The notes under the pieces: generated by a model | What the model saw: only the letters and a program-made list of their open reading frames with translations | Told to the model about the DNA's origin: nothing | Databases searched by the model: none | Made by a program: the position numbers and the translations under genes | Shown here: positions 16,376-16,791 of the stretch, piece after piece | Layout: every line of letters begins with the position of its first letter | How positions within the stretch are numbered: the first letter of the stretch is position 1 | DNA from: Elusimicrobiota bacterium | Lineage (GTDB): Bacteria > CG03 > SLGR01 > JAGXOG01 | DNA: 16,791 nt | Assembly: GCA_051745145.1 (NCBI GenBank) | Contig: JBNJDT010000035.1 | Span: 1 to 16,791 of the forward strand | Direction of reading: 5' to 3'

Positions 16376-16791
16376 AAAAAGAGAGTAAGATAGTTGGCGT
16401 TTCATTAGCAGCCGGTCTATTTGTCTGGGTGTTAGACGCTCTCCTGGATTTTCTGTTTTTCTACAGGGGGGAGGGCAGTTTTATGGAAATGTTGATTTTT
16501 GAAATTCCGGGACACGAGATTTATGTAAGAAGTATTATATTAATAATTTTTATAATAACCGGCGTTATAATATCCAGATATTTTAAAAAAGAGAGAAATT
16601 CAAGAGAGAAGTTAATGTCCGCGGTCCAGCAGCTAAAAGCCACCGAACAGCAGCTACGGGCGTCCAACCAGCAGCTCGACGCCCAAAATCAACAGCTAAA
16701 AGCCACCGAACAGCAGCTACGGGCGTCCAACCAGCAGCTCGACGCCCAGAATCAACAGCTAAAAGCCACCGAACAGCAACTCGAGAAATTA
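16372..16791 (+). CDS. Membrane-anchored signalling protein, N-terminal part (2 TM helices + Gln-rich heptad coiled coil); runs off the right edge and is absent from the ORF track
   Basis: ATG 16372 overlaps the cheD TGA (ATGA). The frame is open to the window end: MKKESKIVGVSLAAGLFVWVLDALLDFLFFYRGEGSFMEMLIFEIPGHEIYVRSIILIIFIITGVIISRYFKKERNSREKLMSAVQQLKATEQQLRASNQQLDAQNQQLKATEQQLRASNQQLDAQNQQLKATEQQLEKL. The output domain is not visible. Confidence 0.85.
   Translation, partial: MKKESKIVGVSLAAGLFVWVLDALLDFLFFYRGEGSFMEMLIFEIPGHEIYVRSIILIIFIITGVIISRYFKKERNSREKLMSAVQQLKATEQQLRASNQQLDAQNQQLKATEQQLRASNQQLDAQNQQLKATEQQLEKL
16630..16778 (+). repeat. 63-bp in-frame tandem repeat, about 2.4 copies, with a 21-bp sub-period
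   Basis: Unit cagctaaaagccaccgaacagcagctacgggcgtccaaccagcagctcgacgccca(a/g)aatcaa starts at 16630, 16693 and 16756. The two full copies differ by one synonymous base. Confidence 0.95.

Noticed and set aside
16630..16778. 63-bp repeat as a CRISPR array
   Set aside because: The copies are directly adjacent with no unique spacers, the unit is a multiple of 3 inside an open frame, and no cas genes are present.
1..16791. Alternative genetic code, tRNA/rRNA genes, transposases or prophage genes
   Set aside because: All recognisable genes translate full length with TAA, TAG and TGA as stops, and none of these elements was seen.

Overview
AT-rich bacterial window (standard genetic code), probably from a diderm given several predicted outer-membrane proteins. 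Left to right: (1) the end of a carotenoid/light-stress-type operon, with an aldehyde dehydrogenase truncated by the left edge, a CrtI/CrtN-family desaturase and a DUF523+DUF1722 (YbgA/RudS-type) protein; (2) a mixed block with an outer-membrane beta-barrel, a small ferredoxin, prfC (RF3), a surface repeat protein, a lipoprotein and a class I SAM methyltransferase; (3) an ~8 kb signalling island with a CheB-CheR-coiled coil-PAS fusion, a PAS histidine kinase, a 4xPAS hybrid kinase, CheD and a membrane protein running off the right edge that the ORF track missed. The most interesting observation is in block 3. All three chemoreceptor-modifying activities (CheR, CheB, CheD) are present, but no MCP, CheA or CheW is visible in the window. 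Instead, neighbouring proteins carry heptads resembling the MCP methylation consensus Glx-Glx-X-X-Ala-Ser/Thr. These include an all-glutamine array (QQLKAT/QQLRAS/QQLDAQ) built from a near-perfect 63-bp DNA tandem repeat in the gene overlapping the cheD stop. This suggests a deamidation/methylation system tuning non-MCP sensor proteins. All family calls come from motif recognition, not database searches.
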